The notes under the pieces: model-generated
What the model was told of the DNA's origin: nothing
The model's database searches: none
What the model saw: the letters and a program-made list of their open reading frames with translations, nothing else
Part shown: positions 35,450-38,887 of the stretch, piece by piece
How the letters are laid out: the number at the start of each line of letters is the position of its first letter
Numbering within the stretch: position 1 is the first letter of the stretch
Translations under genes and position numbers: made by a program
Assembly (NCBI GenBank): GCA_027604505.1
Contig: JADIIX010000174.1
Location: forward strand, 1 to 38,887
Origin: Gonapodya sp. JEL0774
Lineage: Eukaryota
DNA length: 38,887 nucleotides
Reading direction: 5' to 3'

Positions 35450-38206
35450 ATGACATCACCATCCACGGGGCATCAGTCACCCCACACAGCAGCCCCACTT
35501 GTCGATCCTTCGCGCCCTGTCTCCCACGGTGGACAGTCTCCGCCCTCGTACCAGGACTCGCTGTACCCGCCTAACCCGACTACGACTACGACTGCACTGC
35601 CCCCACTCCGCCCACTTTCCCCTTCCCCTTCTCCCCACACCGTCATCGCTCCCTTCGCCTTCCAATCCTCAATCGTCGCGGAGGAATTCAATCTCGCTAA
35701 AACCCATTCAACTTCTTTCGCTTTCGACAAAACCCTACACAGACTCGTCCCAACCAACTCCAGATCCTGGTCGTCCCCTTCATTTGTTTTCTCGGTGGGT
35801 GCCATCCATGACCCCACGCCTGTGACGACGACTGACTCTTCCATCCATTCTCGCCCCGTTCTTACTTCTCTCCTTCTGTTGTTGTCTGTTCGTGTCTTTT
35901 CCAATCAAATTCAAATCGGCGTACCCCGGTCCCCTCCCTGTTCGCATCAGAAAGCTCGCACACATCTCCCAGTTCTTCCGTGAAGCCTTTCTTCCAGACG
36001 GCTTCCCTCACTCCGTCACACCCGACTACTTGCCCTACCAAATATGTGACTCGTGAGTTGCCTCCCGTGTCCATGGGGGTTGGATGGGTCCGAATCCGGT
36101 GGGGGCCACTTGCGCACGGACAAAGCACCAAGGGGAGAGCAGACTACCAGTGCAACCAGACCACCTTGTTCAAATGACGTGGTATTCCGAATACCAATCT
36201 AGTACCCGTTTCCCTCTCCCAGAGTCCAAGCCTTTGCAAGTGCAATAACGGGATTGCTCGCAACCCGGGCAGGTCAGTCTGTCCATCCCGTCCAGGATCT
36301 CTCCTTTCCCTTCCACACACCTCATTTGTAACTCACCCGTTCCCTCACATCCCCCACCCTTTTGTGCCTTGCAGTCCTCAAGGGTTCCGGCGTCGGCGAC
36401 ACTTCAGGTTCGTCTTCGTCCTCCCCCCTTCTTACCTTCCCATCAGCCTCGCTGCCTGTTCCGTCCACTCACGCCCACCACCCGGCCACCGTCACCCTTG
36501 TTCTTTTTCTCAGCCACGGCCACGGGCGCGCTGGTCACATGGGTCGTCAAGGACGGCACGGGCATGTTGGGGAAAATCCTCTTCGCGTGGAAGGTCAACA
36601 CCAGGCTGGATTCGGACGCAAAGGTGGGTGTGGGTGGGGGCCAAGAGGAAGTGTGTGCGTGTGTTCGTGTGGACCCGGCACCCTTGTCGTGCTCTGACCT
36701 TCACCTTTGTCGACCCCGTACTCTGTTGCTTTCCCCCATCAACCACCACCCACCCATCCAGACATGGCGCTTCGTCGCCGACAGTAAGTCCCCGCACCCT
36801 CTCCCTTTCCTCCTCTCCCCCATTCCCACCAACCATTCCCCCACCAATTCCCACCTCCCCCCCTCCGCCCCACCAGTCCTCAACGACACCGCCATCCTCA
36901 TCGACCTCCTCTCCTCCCACCTCCCCCGTCACTTGTTCCCCCTCCTCGTTGCCCTCTCCACCCTCCTCCGCGCCGTGTGCGGCGTCGCGGCCGGTGCGAG
37001 CAAATCGGCCATCACGGTGCACTTTGCGCGACTGGGGAACGCGGGGGACTTGAACGCCAAGGAGGGAAGTCAGGAGACCGTCGTGGGGCTGGCGGGGATG
37101 GTGGTGGGTTTTGGGGGGGGGGCTTGTGGGAACCTGGATCGCCCGCCCGTCGTGTGTGACTGGTAGTGTGTGTTCCCTGCCGACCCTCCCCCCGCACCAC
37201 CCGCTCGTTCCGCCTCCACCACCCCACCCCCCACACGCACACCCCCCATCGCTTCCCAGGCCGGCACCTTCCTCCTCACCTCCCTCCCCGACACTTTCCC
37301 CACCACCATGTCCCTCTTCCTCCTGCTCACCTCGTTCCACCTCTCCATCAACTACCTCGGCGTGTCCCGCGTGGTCCTGGCCACACTCAACCGGCAGCGG
37401 TCGGCCATACTCGTCGCCGAGTGGTGTCGCGCGGCGGGGGGGGGTGCGGGCGGAGGGGACGATGCGCCGCAGGTTCTGGGAAGGACAGAGGTGGCGGAAC
37501 GGGAGGGCGTGTTTTGGTGGATGGGGGGGCCCGGGGTGAGCATCGGGTGTAGGATCAGGGACGTGCTCGGTGGGTAGGGGAGAGTAGGGCAGAGTCGCTC
37601 GTTGTGTCGGCGGCGGGGCTTCGTTGCGTTTTCGGCCGTTTATCGTGCGCGGCAAACACACCCCTACCCTTCCCCTCTTCCTTTCGCGCCTTCCCCTCCC
37701 CGCCCCCAGCCCCCACCCACCCCCCGACCCACCTCTCGGCCCTCCTCGCCGCCTTCTCCCCCTCCCCGCACATCCTCACCTACCACGGCTCCACCGTCCG
37801 CGTGGCCCTCTCCTCCTCCGCACAGCCCGTCGACGTGTTCCGCGCGTGGTACCACGCGGTGGTCACGAGGTGCGCGGTCAGGGGGGACTGGGAGTGGCGG
37901 GGTTGGGAGGCGAGGGTAGGCGGGTGGGCTGGAAAGGGCGCGGGTGGTGGTGGGGGTGCGGGTGCTGCCGGCCGTGGGCTCGATGGGCCACCCCACTTGA
38001 TCACGGACCCCCACTGGGACCTGACGATGTCCACACTTGCCTTCACGCGGGCCACGTTCGACGTGTTTTTGACTCAGTTGAGGGTCAAAGGGTGGGATGT
38101 GGATAGGATGGTGGAGAGGAGTATGTTGGAGGAGGGCGTGTGGAGGTATAGGGCGGGTGGGGGTGGGGGGGCCGGGGTGGCGGGGGAGGGGTACAAGGCG
38201 GAGTGA
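35450..38206 (+). CDS. RUS1: RUS1 / DUF647 (C16orf58-like) family protein; spliced
   Basis: FFREAFLPDGFPHSVTPDYLPYQICD; QAFASAITGLLATRA; VLKGSGVGD; LVTWVVKDGTGMLGKILFA; LDSDAK|TWRFVAD; GVAAGASKSAITVHFA...NAGDLNAKEGSQET; TLNRQR; FLTQLRVKGWD. Confidence 0.88.
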
Positions 38207-38654
38207 GGGAGTGTTTTTCAAGTTGTGGGGGCGTGCCCAGGCTACAGAGGGACGGGGACTGTTGGGTCGCAACTGCATGCGCCGGTGGGTGTGTCACAAA
38301 GGACGCTCTGAGGAGGTGTCGACAGCTGGGGAGCCCGCCAAATGAGAAGCGGGATACAACCGCGCGTTTCGGCGCACGGATGATACTTTCCCGCGTTTCG
38401 GCACAGTCGGGTGTGTATGCATGCATGGTAGCTTCACGATCCAGGAGGAGCGGATACCCTCGGATGAGCATATTCCAACATATTCATTCAAACCCTCGTG
38501 TATTCGGGGGTATTATTCTATCGCATGGAAACAAAGAAAATTGCAAAGTCCCGTCTTCCGTCTTCGTACCCGTGCTTGCGCAATACGCATGGAGCATGCC
38601 ACCATCGCGTCCTCATCCCGACAACACCCCTGCCTCGACTTCACACCATCTGCT

Positions 38655-38887
38655 CTACTTCCCTGTCTTCTGCCTCTTTGCCGGCCGGCCATCCCCCTTT
38701 CCACCCTTTCCCCCCTTGGCACCCTTTCCCCCCTTCCCACTCTCCACCCCTCCCCTCGCCAATCTCTTCCCCACCGCCTTGCGCACATTGAGTATGCCAT
38801 CTGGATTCGCACCCGAACCCGAACCCGAACCACCGGATCCTGATCCAGATGCGGTCCCGGTCCCGAGTTTGGAAAGCACCTTGAGTG
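38655..38887 (-). CDS. 3' end of a gene entering from the right edge; probably ribosome biogenesis regulator Rrs1
   Basis: LKVLSKL...GILNVRKAV followed by a GK-rich basic tail and TAG at 38655-38657. Resembles fungal Rrs1 C-termini, but only a short fragment is visible. Confidence 0.45.
   Translation of the reverse strand, partial: LKVLSKLGTGTASGSGSGGSGSGSGANPDGILNVRKAVGKRLARGGVESGKGGKGAKGGKGGKGDGRPAKRQKTGK

Noticed and set aside
36510..38278. Long minus-strand ORFs (383 aa and 204 aa)
   Set aside because: Antisense shadows of the GC-rich RUS1 gene; low complexity with no recognisable domain.
38690..38835. Short tandem repeats (CCCTTTCCCCC-like units and CCCGAA x3)
   Set aside because: They encode GGKG and GS low-complexity protein on the minus strand; not a CRISPR array or telomere.
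1..38887. tRNA, rRNA, transposase, reverse transcriptase or CRISPR features
   Set aside because: None recognisable by eye. Small ncRNAs cannot be excluded without a covariance-model search.

Overview
Gene-dense, intron-rich eukaryotic DNA with short GT-AG introns. The housekeeping genes look fungal, and two cilium-linked genes (Rab28, ENKD1-like) suggest a zoosporic, early-diverging fungus (inference). About 17 protein-coding genes are present: PRP3 (partial), VPS37, a PXA-RGS-PX sorting nexin, a bHLH factor, valyl-tRNA synthetase, a small UPF0184-like protein, GCP2/Spc97, Rab28, SRP9, ENKD1-like, NSE2/MMS21, PIG-S, an RPD3-class HDAC, type II PI4-kinase, an intronless bacterial-like SRPBCC gene, RUS1/DUF647 and a probable RRS1 3' end. 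The main finding is that the ValRS reading frame runs without a stop into a full-length elongation factor EF1B-alpha that has no start codon of its own, i.e. an apparent ValRS-EF1B fusion. The same gene carries a candidate CUG-initiated mitochondrial presequence. The SRPBCC gene is a good horizontal-transfer candidate. Exon boundaries were read by eye and family calls come from recalled motifs, not database searches.
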